The notes below the pieces were generated by a model. That model worked only from the letters and a program-made list of their open reading frames with translations. It ran no database searches and was not told where the DNA came from. Below, in pieces: positions 1 through 11,161 of a stretch of 64,000 nucleotides of DNA. The position numbers were made by a program, and so were the translations under genes. This DNA comes from Eledone cirrhosa. Its lineage: Eukaryota. Position 1 is the stretch's first letter. Each line of letters starts with the position of its first letter. Location: the NCBI GenBank assembly GCA_964016885.1, contig OZ024740.1, positions 320,230,001 through 320,294,000 of the forward strand, given 5' to 3'.

Positions 1-1253
1 AAATCCACGTCCCCGCCCGGACCCTCGCCTCCCCCGAACAATCGGGCAAAGTGCCTTTGAAAGGCCTCGCATATCTGCTTAGGCTCCCGGATCACCCGTC
101 CATCTTCGTCTTGCAACGACCGGATGGTGGATCGATTTCCACTCTTAGCTTCTGTCACGCGGGCCCAGCCAACGGCTTTGGCCCCCTCATTACCTAGAGC
201 ACGTATTTTACTTCGAATGACGCAGCCTTCGTGCTTTGCATCGAAAAACTGGTTCAAGGCCGTCCTCGATGCCAGCACTTTGGCCACATCTTCGCTCTTG
301 ATTGCCTCTTCTAATTTACCTGTTAATTCTTTCTCGTTTCTATTCCTATCGGCAGCTAACATCTTGCTATAACTTATTGATTCTGTTTTAATCTCTCTTT
401 TGAGAGATGCCCACCATCGGTTGTTGACGATTGCACCCGTCAACCTCTCCTTAACTAATCTGCTAATCCGGTTTCTGTAAGTCTCTTTTGCCGGTAAAGA
501 CAAATTAAGTTTCCAGTAACCGGGACCCTGTTTATGTGTTTTCTCGAGATTGACTACGCAGGTCACTAATTTGTGATCCGTGTAGCCAATCGTGCGCATT
601 TCTGGACAGCTTAATATGTCCCTATCCTTACTTCTAACTAAGAATCTATCTAAGTACGATCTAGATTGACCACTGTGGTTTCTCCAAGTCCAGGTAGGCA
701 CAGTTGGAAAATCTAGTCGATATCTATCGACCAAGTTAAAACGGTCAAGTAACCCCTTGAGGCTGTTACACCCCCCTCTATTAGGACATGCTCCTGCATA
801 GTCCCAACGTGCATCTAGGATGTCATTCCAATCCCCCGCTAGAAGCAGGGAACGCGACGTTCCCAGAAAAGTCTCTAAACGCTGGAAGAAGTCGGGCCGT
901 TCAGCTCCGAAAGGGGAGTAGACGGCGACCAGTCTTAAGGCCGCACCTTCACTACTATCAACGTCTAGCACCAACAAACGACCCTCCGGGTCCGAGTGCA
1001 CAACCTGTACGGCAAGACCCAGGTGTTTTTGCAGCAGTACGACAACCCCACCCCCACCTCCAGGTTGACAGAGAGATGCATGCACCTCAAAGTCATCGAA
1101 GGTAGGGGCCAGCTGCCGCACGACGCTGATCCGAGTCTCACAGATAACCATTACATTTATACCACATGACCTGAGGTCATTTAGAAGCTTTGCTTGCTTC
1201 CAAGTTGAGCCCAGGCCACGTGCATTTAAACATCCTACTCTTAACACATCCAT
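1..1253 (-). CDS. Tx1 ORF2 N-terminal part (apurinic-like endonuclease), partial
   Basis: Manual translation from ATG at 1253: MDVLRVGCLNARGLGSTWKQ...VICETR...LLLAGDWN; homologous to 12024..14624; probably absent from the ORF track because it runs off the window edge. Confidence 0.85.
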   Translation of the reverse strand, partial: MDVLRVGCLNARGLGSTWKQAKLLNDLRSCGINVMVICETRISVVRQLAPTFDDFEVHASLCQPGGGGGVVVLLQKHLGLAVQVVHSDPEGRLLVLDVDSSEGAALRLVAVYSPFGAERPDFFQRLETFLGTSRSLLLAGDWNDILDARWDYAGACPNRGGCNSLKGLLDRFNLVDRYRLDFPTVPTWTWRNHSGQSRSYLDRFLVRSKDRDILSCPEMRTIGYTDHKLVTCVVNLEKTHKQGPGYWKLNLSLPAKETYRNRISRLVKERLTGAIVNNRWWASLKREIKTESISYSKMLAADRNRNEKELTGKLEEAIKSEDVAKVLASRTALNQFFDAKHEGCVIRSKIRALGNEGAKAVGWARVTEAKSGNRSTIRSLQDEDGRVIREPKQICEAFQRHFARLFGGGEGPGGDVD

Positions 1254-1286
1254 GTGGGCGGCAGAGCCAAAGGAGAGTGTAGAGAC

Positions 1287-3180
1287 CTACCTTTCCGCTT
1301 CCCGGGGTTCGGGTCGCACGACTTTCATGGTGTCGGGGGTGTTGGGTGAAGGGGTGTCTTGTGGTGGTGTGGGGTCGTCAGTGTGTGGTGGGGTTGGGGT
1401 GTTTGGAGTTGTGTTGGGGAGGGGAAGGGGGGGGGGGCTTTTTAGTAGGACGCGGTTTATGGGTTTGACAGAGGGTGGTCCTACGTCCTCCTTAAAATCC
1501 TTTTTTAGTTTTTGGTAGAGGTTCATTGGGATCTTTATTAATTTTAAATGTGGGTAGTTTTCTGAAGAAACAAAGTTTACCCCTTCGGTTTGTACCGAAG
1601 GATTATTGTATATGAGTTCAAATAATTTATTATTGTTTCTGTTGATGTAAGAATAGTGTAATGTCTTTTTTTCGGATGGTGTGAGTGTTTCGAAGAGGGG
1701 AGGGGCAGGTTTGGTTTTGTTTGTTGCTGGAGGGGTGTTTTCTGTTTTGTTGGATTGTGTTGAGATTTGGGTGGGGGTTGTTTGGCCTTGTGTGTTTTGC
1801 ACATGTTTTCTTTTTTTCCTTTTAATCTGTCTGAAGGACTCCGTTTCTTCCTCCGAATTCGTTGGGTTATCTTCAGTGTTGGGGGGAAGAGGTATGTTTG
1901 CTGGTAATGTTTCCGTGTTGGTTTTCTTTGTGGGGGAGATGGATGTCACTATGTTAGACTGTGTTGTGTGTTGTGTCTGCGGTGGTTGTGTTGTCTTATT
2001 GAGTGAGGGGTTGGGTGGGCCTGTATTTTGTTTTGGGGTAATGTGTTGTGACTGTTTGTGTTGTGGTGGTGGTGTAGTTTTACTGAGGGACGGGTTGGGT
2101 GGGACTGAGTTTTGTTGTTTGTTTATCTGTTGTGGTGGTGGAGCTGGTGTTGGTAGCAGGGTTTTCTTTTTGTTGAGTTGGGGACAAGCGGCCTTCAGGT
2201 GCCCTCTACCTGCACAGATATGACAGGACGGCCTTCTCCCCTCCACGCTAATGTTTATATACCCGTGGCCCTCTAATAGGATTCTGTCGGGTATTTGGGC
2301 GATGCGTTCAGGCTTCATTTGCACTACCAGCTCTATTCCTGTTCCACTGAACGCATTTCCTGTGGTTTTCCCAATGGAAATCACGTTGTCATTCACTGGA
2401 TCGATGAAGCCAGCTATGAACCAGCAGTAGTCCACATCTGGCATCATTGCATTCAGCCATATTCGTTGAGTTCTTTTACCCATATAAAATGGATAAAAGG
2501 TAAAATTTTTCGAACGAATCGGTGACAAAGCACATTTTTTTGCCGCCGATTCGTTCTTCATGATAATTGCTAGGCTTCCATACAGTCTGTCTTTTCTTAT
2601 GAAAGTGGTTTCATTAAGTACTTCTGTGAGTACTGTTTTGATATCTGCTTAAGAAGGCTGTTCAGGTTTTTTTGAAGTGTTGTTGATTGTGCGGAACACG
2701 ACCGTTCGACTTTCAATGTCTTTGGTGAGTTCTTGAGGCATTTTTACCGATAAAATACCATTCTCTCCTTCACTTATGTATTGTTTGGCGTCTGTGATTC
2801 TTCGTGCCACATCTGAAATATTTTCGGGTACATATGTCAAAGATTTCTTTGTTGTTTGTGCAAATGAAATCTTGACTCTGTCGTCTGCTTTGCTTTCTGT
2901 TATGGTGTTATTTTCAAATGTTATTTTTGTGTTTGTTGTGTCTTTGTTTGTGGTGTTAGTATTGTCATGCAATTTTTCAAATTTGTTTTTTTCGTTGTTG
3001 GAATCCATGTCCAGATTTGTGTTTTCGTCATTTTTCTCCGCAGATTCGTCTGTTTTTATTTTAATTTTTCCTTCCTTCTCTATGACGTTAGTTGGGAAGG
3101 AAGGGGGGGACTAAAGCGTGCGAGCTTACAACTCTTACCGCTGTCCCCCCACCACTATTTTCGTTCGCTTCGTTCAACAT
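1287..3180 (-). pseudogene. Tx1 ORF1 (gag-like zinc-knuckle protein), disrupted
   Basis: Pieces 3088..3180, 2649..3008 and 1287..2561 align to ORF1 of copies C/E; frameshift near the G run at ~3105; in-frame TAA at 2649 where copy E has Gln; CHICAGRGHLKAAC knuckle. Confidence 0.85.
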
Positions 3181-3405
3181 TTCTGTCAGACGATTGAAAT
3201 TTTTTGCCACAAAATTTTTTAAAACAAGTTTTTCACCTCTAGGAGGGGTAAAGATGAGCTGACCCACCGTCTGACAGTTCAGACGGGGGGTCAAGCTACA
3301 CAATGGTATCAAAATTAAATTTGAACTCACAAAATTTCCGTAATAAATTTGAACAAAACTTCTGCGCGAAGTGAATTACATCCACACTGTAGAACAGACG
3401 ACAGC

Positions 3406-3418
3406 TAGATTAGCTAGC

Positions 3419-3478
<60 letters not shown>

Positions 3479-3479
3479 C

Positions 3480-3512
<33 letters not shown>

Positions 3513-3513
3513 T

Positions 3514-3584
<71 letters not shown>
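3406..3584. repeat. (GATA)n microsatellite between Tx1 copies A and B
   Basis: Direct reading. Confidence 0.98.
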
Positions 3585-4473
3585 TCTTTCTTTATTTGCC
3601 ACAGGACGTACAAAAATGGGACATTACAAGACGTGACGGCGAGGCTTTTACATAAAAAAATCATATAACTTTAACATTAATAAATAACAATAAATTATAT
3701 ACTGTATAAAATGACAATTGAAATCCCCAATAGGGGGAACGTTACTGCAGGGTTGTTTTACACCCCGTGGATAGAACAACCCTCAACACCAGGAACACGT
3801 TTTTTAGGTGTTCCTGTCTTCCCTCTGTTTATCTTCCTCAACCTACAGGTTTATATACAGAGAAGGCACATTCACTCGGGCCATTTTCGCCACATTCACC
3901 CACCTTTCAGCGAATTTACTGGGGTGTAGCACCTCTCTCTCCACTCTCACCTTCCTTCTGAAGTGATACTTAAAGAAGGGGATAAGTTGTTGCGCGGAGA
4001 GAAAGATGTTTGCCCTCAGTCCTTTTAACCTCGTCCACCATATTACCTCTTTCGCCATAGCCACCAGACAGAGGAAAACCGCCTCCATTCATTCTTAAAT
4101 GAAGGCTGCGGGGTGACCCTCACGATGGACTCGGCTGACAACTGGATGCACCCCACACGTGACAGTAGCTGTTCGACATAATTCCACAGGTCGGTCACCC
4201 CTGGGCACTGAACAATTGCGTGTAGAACGGTTTCGATGTCCTGCTCGCATATTGGACAGGTCTTTTTGGCAGGATCTCTGCCAGGGCGTCCTTGCCTGTA
4301 GATTTGTCTCGAACTGGTAGAGCTCCTCGGTAGCACTGCTAGGTCAGAGACCTCTGGAAGTTATCCATAGGCCCTGGACGGAAAGTCCTCCCGAACAGAC
4401 TGGTCAGTTCGTCCTCCTCGATGCCTAGAGTTTCCCCGAGAACGTCGTCGCACTTATCCTTCACTAATCCCCT
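3585..4473 (-). mobile_element. 5'-truncated Tx1 copy B (ORF2 C-terminal Cys/His region plus 3' UTR), decayed
   Basis: CPICEQDIETVLHAIVQC and AMAKEVIWWTRLKG match the ORF2 C-terminus of C/E; AATAAA just before (TATC)n. Confidence 0.92.
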
Positions 4474-4491
4474 AGGTACGTAGGTAGGTAA

Positions 4492-4550
<59 letters not shown>
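4474..4550. repeat. (GGTA/GATA)n microsatellite between copies B and C
   Basis: Direct reading. Confidence 0.97.
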
Positions 4551-4789
4551 TGTTTCTTTATTAGCCACAGGGGCACAAAAGAAGGGGACAAATACAAAGG
4601 AGGAAGTTTACATACAATAAAAACGTGTAAAATATTATCACAAATGTAATTTAAAAAGTTAGTCGATTTTCCCCAATAGGGGGAGACAGTTTATATGGGT
4701 AACACATACCCCCGAAAAAATGTGCAACCCTCATCTCCAGGGGTACGAAGAGTTTGTACTCCTTTCCTCTCCTCCTCCTTTTCCTCAAC

Positions 4790-7700
4790 CTACAGGCTGA
4801 TATAGAGAGAAGGCCCATTCACTCGGGCCATTCTCGCCACTTTCACCCACCTTTCATAAAACTTGCTGGGGTACAGTACCTCTCTCTCCATCCTGATTCT
4901 TCTTCCAAAGTGGTATTTGAAAAAAAGAATCAGTTGTTGGCCGGAGAGAAAGGTGTCTGACCTCAGCCCTTTCAACCTTGTCCACCATACAACCTCTTTC
5001 GCCATAGCTATCAGGAAAACCGCCTCTCCTTCGTTTTTGAAGGAGGGTGGCGGTTTGATCATGACAATGGACTCGGTGGTCAACCGGATTGGTCCCACCC
5101 GCGACAATATTCGTTCTACATAGCCCCACAGGTCAGTGACGCTCGGGCACTGTATGAATGCGTGCGCGACGGTTTCTTCGTCTCGCACGCACCTCGGACA
5201 GATCTTTTTTGCAGGGTCCCTGCCCGGGCGCCCATGTCTGTAGAGCTTGTCACGAACTGGTAGAGCTCCCCGGTAGCACTGCCAGGCCAGGGACTTTTGG
5301 AAGTTGTCCATCGATCCCGGGCGGAAGGTCCTACCGAACAGACTGGCCAGTTCATCTTCCTCTACGCCTAGAGTTTCACCGAGCGCGTCGTCGCACTTGC
5401 TGCGGATCAACCCTCTATAGAATGACGAAGTGGAGTCTCCACTGATCGCCGGGTCTGCCTGCCAGAGGGCTGTGAGCGCCTGAGCACATTAGATGTGCCA
5501 GTAGTCCATTTTCCTCGGTCTTTGCTTGACCCAGGACTGCAGCTCGGTCAGCGAGACGAGTCGTGGGAAGGCTCGCCTCACGAACGGGGCCCACACCGGT
5601 TGTCCGGTGAGGAATACGTAGAGATGCCGCAGCCTGAGCGCGTGTTTGCGCATCGTCAACCACGGCATCCCCAGCCCTCCGTTAGAAGGGTGTTGGCAGT
5701 AGATGGATCTTCTCACCAAAGGAGCCCGCCTCTTCCAAAGGAATCGGAAGAGCGCGCGTTCCATTTTGGCGACCGTTTGGGCTGGACAAGGCATGACGGT
5801 CAAGCGGTAGTAGATGGCGGACGCTATGAAAGTGTTCGCCACCTCCGCTCGACCTTTCAAGGTGAGTGCAAACACCTTGGCCGTCACTTCGTTCTAGTTC
5901 TTCTCCACCTGGAGGTCCGAACCAAACCAGACCCCGAGCAGCTTTACCGGTCCTTCCGTCCAGCGTCCGACGACGCCATCGGAAGGCATCGGTTTGCCTC
6001 TCCACGATCCGAGTTGCAAACCGATGGACTTGTCTCGGTTCAGCTTCGCTCCTGTGAAACTTTCGTATTCCTTCAGTAAGGTGCCGACTTCCTCGATTTG
6101 CGAGGCGCTCGACACCATTACTGTCACGTCGTCGGCGTAGGCCGACGTCGCTTTCCGCAGTCCCGGTTCCAGAGGGATGCCCTGCAATAGCTCCAGCTTC
6201 CGCAGTAGTGGCTCGAGAGTCAGTACGTACAGAAGGGAGGAGAGAGGGCATCCCTGTCGAATGGATCGCGTAATATGGAACGGCTCCGAGAGGTAGCCGT
6301 TCACCTTGACCCTTGAGCAGATGTTGCTGTTGTGCATTGCAGCAATCCAGCCCTTGAACACGGGTCCGAAGCCTGCCGCCTCGAGCACCGCATCCAGGTA
6401 ACGATGGTCAACCCTATCGAAAGCCTTAGACTGATCCAATTTGATCAGAGCCCCACCGAAGGCTCTCTATGATGTATCACATGAGGTGGAGGTTGTCGTG
6501 TATGGACCTGGTCGGGATTGCGCATGTCTGCGCTTCTCCCACCAGGTTCTCGACGACAAGCGCCAGCCTCTTTGCTAACACCTTGGCCAAAATCTGTAAC
6601 TCTGTGTTTAGCAGAGTTATGGGCCGGAAGTTGCCTATGTCATCCCCCTTATTCTCGTCCTTCCTGATTAGTGTGACCACGCCCCCGGTTACAGAACTGG
6701 GAATTCTCCCGTTCTGTTGCCAGTTGCAGTAGACCGCTTCCAGGAGACCGGAGAATAAGTCCGGCATTGCTACGTAAAATTCGTAGGGTAGACCGTCGAG
6801 ACCTGGAGATTTGCGTTTGCCGCATTGGCTCAGCGCGTCCCCTATCTCAGTGGCTGAAATCGGCTTTTCGCAGAACTTTGCCTCGCTGTCCGAGAGTCGC
6901 GGTAGGCCGTCGAGTTATGGACCGAAATCCATAGTCCCCCCCCCCCCCGAACAGCTGAGCAAAGTACCGCTGAAAAGCCGCACACATCTGCTTCGGCTCA
7001 CGTATCACGCGTCCGTTTTGGTCCTTCAAAGACCGAATCGTGGACTTGTTGCCACTTTTTGCCTCCGTCACTCGGGCCCAGCTAACAGCTTTGGCTCCCT
7101 CGTTTCCCAGAGCACGTATTTTGCTTCTGACAACGCAGCCCTCGTGCTTTGCGTCAAAGAACTGATCCAAGGCCGTTCTCGTTGTTAGCACGCTGGCTAC
7201 GTTTCCACTTCTAATTGCCTCTTCTACTTTATCTACCAGTTCCTTCTCGTTTCTATTTCTATCTAACGCTAATTCTTTACTAAAAACTATCGAGTCTAAT
7301 CTAACTGCCCTCTTGAGAGAGTACCACCATCTGTTGTTGACAATGGCCCCTGTCAAATGCTGTTTAACTAAAGTGCTAATCCGTCTACTGTAGCTTTGCT
7401 TGTCGGTAACGACAAGTTCAGCTTCCAGTAGCCGGGTCCTTGTCTATGGGTTCTATCAAGGTTGGCCATGCAGGTCACTAGTTTGTGATCTGAATAGGCA
7501 ACCATGAACATTTGTGGACAGCTTAACATGTCCCTATCCTTATTTCTAACTAGAACCCTATCTAGGTACGATCTAGATGTTCCGCTACGATTACTCCACG
7601 TCCACAGTGGCGCAGTCGGAAAATCTAGTCGATATCTATCGGCCAGGTCAAATCGGTCGATTAACTGTTTGAGGCTGTTACACCCCCCTTTATCGGGACA

Positions 7701-8165
7701 TGCTCCCACATAGTCCCAACGTGCATCTAGGATTCCATTCCAGTCCCCCACTAAAAGCAAGGAGCGGGACGTTCCCAGAAAAGTCTCTAGACGTTTGAAG
7801 AAGTCTGGCCGCGGTGTCCCGGATGGGGCATATGCGGCCACCAGCCTGAAGACTCCACCTTCACTACCGTCAACGTCTAGGACCACCAGTCGACCCTCCG
7901 GGTCCAGATGTACCGTCTGTGTTACGAGGCCCAGGTGTTTCCGCAGCAAAACGGCAACCCCACCCCCACCTCCCGGTTGACAGAGAGATGCGTAGATCTC
8001 AAAGTCATCGAAGATGGAGGCCAGCTGTCGCTCGCTGTGGATCCTGGACTCGCAAATGGCTACCACATCCATACTGTGCGACCTGAGGTCGTTTAAGAGT
8101 TTGTCCTGTTTCCAGGGCATCCCCAGGCCGCGTACGTTCACACATCCAACTCTTATATTGGCCAT
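4790..8165 (-). pseudogene. Tx1 ORF2 (endonuclease + reverse transcriptase), several frameshifts and stops
   Basis: Fragments 7368..8165 (CVNVRGL, VGDWN, YLDR, SDH), 6847..7356, 6477..6767 (FRPITLLN), 5894..6439 (KAFDRVDH, QGCPLS, YADD), 5489..5887, 4790..5410 (CPRC..H..C). Confidence 0.95.
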
Positions 8166-8198
8166 GTTGGTGCTGAAAAGTTAAAAGAGGAAAAGAGA

Positions 8199-10102
8199 TC
8201 ACTCACCCTTCGTCTCCTGGGGACCAGGCCGCACGATTTCCATGGGGGTGTTGGAGGGGTTGTCTGGATGGGTGGTGGTTTCCGGCGGGGTGGGGACGGA
8301 GATGTTTGGTGGGGTGGGGTCTGGTGGGATGGGGGTGTCTGGGGTGGGGAGACATTTGAGAAGGACGCGGTTGAGTGGTTTCACGCAGGAATTACCCACA
8401 TCCTTCTCAAATGTTTCTTTTAGGGACCTATAAGTTTGTATAGGGACCCTAATCAGTTTTAGGTTCAGTTTTTTGCTATTTTTAATAGAGTGGGCGAAAG
8501 TTTTCCCTTCGGTTTTCACCGAAGGGTCGTTCGTGATGGTCTCCATTAGTGTTTTGTTTTCAGTGTTTATGTAAGTGTAAGTGTAATTTTCTTGTGTTGT
8601 GTTTGTTTTTGTCTGTAGTTCTTGTGTGTGCTTTCGTTTTGTTGTAGGTATTTTGTTTTCAGGAGGTGGGGGTTTTGTTTGTGATGTTTTTGTTGTTTGT
8701 GTTGGTGGTTGTATGTTTGTGGTAGTGTTTGCTGGTTTTTTGCTTTTGTGATGTCTTTTCTTTCTTTTCGAGCGATGGGGTTCTCCCTCGTCTTCACTGG
8801 GTGATGGCGAGATAGCCTCATCTGTTGTATCGTCTGTGTGATTGGGGAGGGGTATGTCTTGGGGAGCTGTTGTGTCTGTATGTGATTTTGCAGTGGTTTT
8901 AGGTGGAGTGGGTTTGGGTGGGACTGTGTTTGTTGTGGTTATTTTTGTGTGTTGGTGTTGTTGTTGTTGTGGTGGTGTTGGTGGTTGTGTTGTTTTGATG
9001 GGTGTCGGCAGAAGAGCCTTTTTTTTATTCATTAATTTAGGACAGGAAGCCCTCAGGTGACCCCTGCTAAAGCAATGGTAACATGAAGGCCGCCTACCCT
9101 CAACCGAAAAGTTTATGTAGGTGAGTCCGTCCAGGAGTACACGTTGTGGGACCATAGCTATTCGCTCTAGGCTCATTTGCACCAGAACTTCAATGCTAGT
9201 CCCATTGAATACATCTCTGGGGGACTTTCCTACTGACAGTATTCTGTCTTCATCAAAATTGATGAAGCCGCACAGTATCCACCATATGTTCAGCTTTGGT
9301 GTGACACTCGTGATTCTGATCTTTTGTGTCCTTTTTCCCATGTATGTAGGGAAAAAGGTGTACAGGTTGGATACAATTGGCGACACAGAGTAATTTTGGG
9401 CCGTCAATTGATCCTTCATAAGAACCGAAATACTCCCAAAAAGTTTGCTTCTTTGAATGAATGCAATATCATTCATTGAATTTTTGAAAACCAGTTCGAT
9501 TTCTTTCTGTGACAATTGGACTGGTTTTCGGGTAGAATTGGAAACTGTCCTAAAAACTATCGTTTTGAGAGCAGTTTCCTTGCGAATTTCTACCGGAGAA
9601 TTGATGCTGAAAGCACCATTTTTTTCGAAAGTGACATATCTCCTAGCGTCCTTTAAAAGTTGTTCAGCATTTGTTATGTCGAGATATATCAATTCCTCCT
9701 TTTTTTTAACTTTCTCTGCAAAGGAGATTTTGGTTTCTTTGTGGAATCCGTGTTGTTGATGTTGTCATTATTGTTGTTATTCTTGTTGTCACCGATGTTG
9801 GTATTATTCGTATTTTCCTTGGTGTTGTTGTTGTCTTTGATGCTGGTGTTATTGGTGTTGTCTTTATTTTTTTCTTTGTTGTTGTTATCATTGTTGCTTT
9901 TATCATCATTATTGGTGTTGCTGTTATTTTTGTTGTCATTGAATTGTTTGGTGTCATTTGTGTTGTTTGGATATGAATTCGTTTTTACATTTTCATTTCG
10001 TCTTTCCATCTCTATAGTATCTAATGAAGAAGACGTTGATGACTGCGAGCTTTGTAGTCTTACCGCCTCTCCACCACCATTATCGTTGGACGCAGCGTTC
10101 AT
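8199..10102 (-). pseudogene. Tx1 ORF1 of copy C, one frameshift after the Asn-rich N-terminus
   Basis: ORFs 9689..10102 and 8199..9692 together align to the 597-aa ORF1 of copy E; CYHCFSRGHLRASC knuckle; Pro/Thr-rich linker. Confidence 0.88.
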
Positions 10103-10332
10103 AACGTAATCAAAATTTTACAATATTTTTTCAAAGATTCGATGGAGAAAACATTTTTCAAATGGATATTCCGCTCCTGTGGGGGTGAAAATGAGTTGAC
10201 CCACCACCTGAAGGTCCAGACGGGGGGTCAAGTTACACAATGATATAAAATGTAACTAAAAACTCACGTTTCTTTCTTACATAAATTAACGGAAACTTCT
10301 CCGCGAAGTTACACACGTCTGATAGATAGATA

Positions 10333-10830
10333 TATTTCTTTATTAGCCACAGGGGCACAAAAGAAGGGGACAAATACAAAGGGGGAAGTTTACATACAAT
10401 AAAAACGTGTAAAATGTTATCACAGATGGAATTTAAAAGTTAGTCGATTTTCCCCAATAGAGGGAGACAGTTTATATGGGTAACACAGACCCCCGAAAAA
10501 AATGTGCAACCCTCATCTCCAGGAGTACGAAGAGCTTGTACTCCTTTCCTCTCCTCCTCCTTTTCCTCAACCTACAGGCTGATATAGAGAGAAGGCCCAT
10601 TCTCGGGCCATTCTCGCCACTTTCACCCACCTTTCATAAAACTTGCTGGGGTACAGCACCTCTCTCTCCATCCTGATTCTTCTTCCAAAGTGGTATTTGA
10701 AAAAAAGAATCAGTTGTTGGCCGGAGAGAAAGGTGTCTGACCTCAGCCCTTTCAACCTTGTCCACCATACAACCTCTTTCGCCATAGCTATCACACAAAG
10801 GAAAACCGCCTCTCCTTCGTTTTTGAAGGA
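10333..10830 (-). mobile_element. 5'-truncated Tx1 copy D, same family as copy C
   Basis: Near-identical to 4551..5045; flanked by short GATA (10321..10332) and (GATA)n (10831..10897). Confidence 0.93.

Positions 10831-10897
<67 letters not shown>
10831..10897. repeat. (GATA)n microsatellite between copies D and E
   Basis: Direct reading. Confidence 0.98.
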
Positions 10898-11161
10898 TGT
10901 TTCTTTTATTTGCCACTAGGGCATCAAAAGTGGGACAAGTACAAAGGGGGGAGTTTACACAAAAAGGCGTCCTCAATAAGGAGGAGGCAATAACAAAATA
11001 TAAAAATAAAATAAGATATAACAAAAAATAAAATTTATAACAAAATCCTCAATAGAGAGGCAGCGCCTTGGGGGGTCGCACACACCCCCGAAAAAAGTGT
11101 GCAACCCTTCTCCTCAGGAGCACAGAGAAGGGGTGCTCCCTTGGTCTTTCATCTTCCTCAC

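Larger units (their letters stand above)
1..3404 (-). mobile_element. L1/Tx1-clade non-LTR retrotransposon, copy A (5' UTR, ORF1, 5' part of ORF2; runs off window start)
   Basis: ORF1 with CX2CX4HX4C knuckle, ORF2 starting with APE endonuclease motifs, colinear with copies C and E; 5' end abuts (GATA)n. Confidence 0.93.
4551..10320 (-). mobile_element. Full-length (~5.8 kb) Tx1 copy C, ORFs disrupted
   Basis: 5' UTR, ORF1, ORF2 (EN, RT, Cys/His domain), 3' UTR with AATAAA; GATA repeats on both sides. Confidence 0.95.

Noticed and set aside
8173-8206. 34-nt GT..AG mini-intron that might fuse ORF1 to ORF2 in copy C
   Set aside because: Very short, the join is out of frame with the ORF2 ATG, and copies A and E have no equivalent AG
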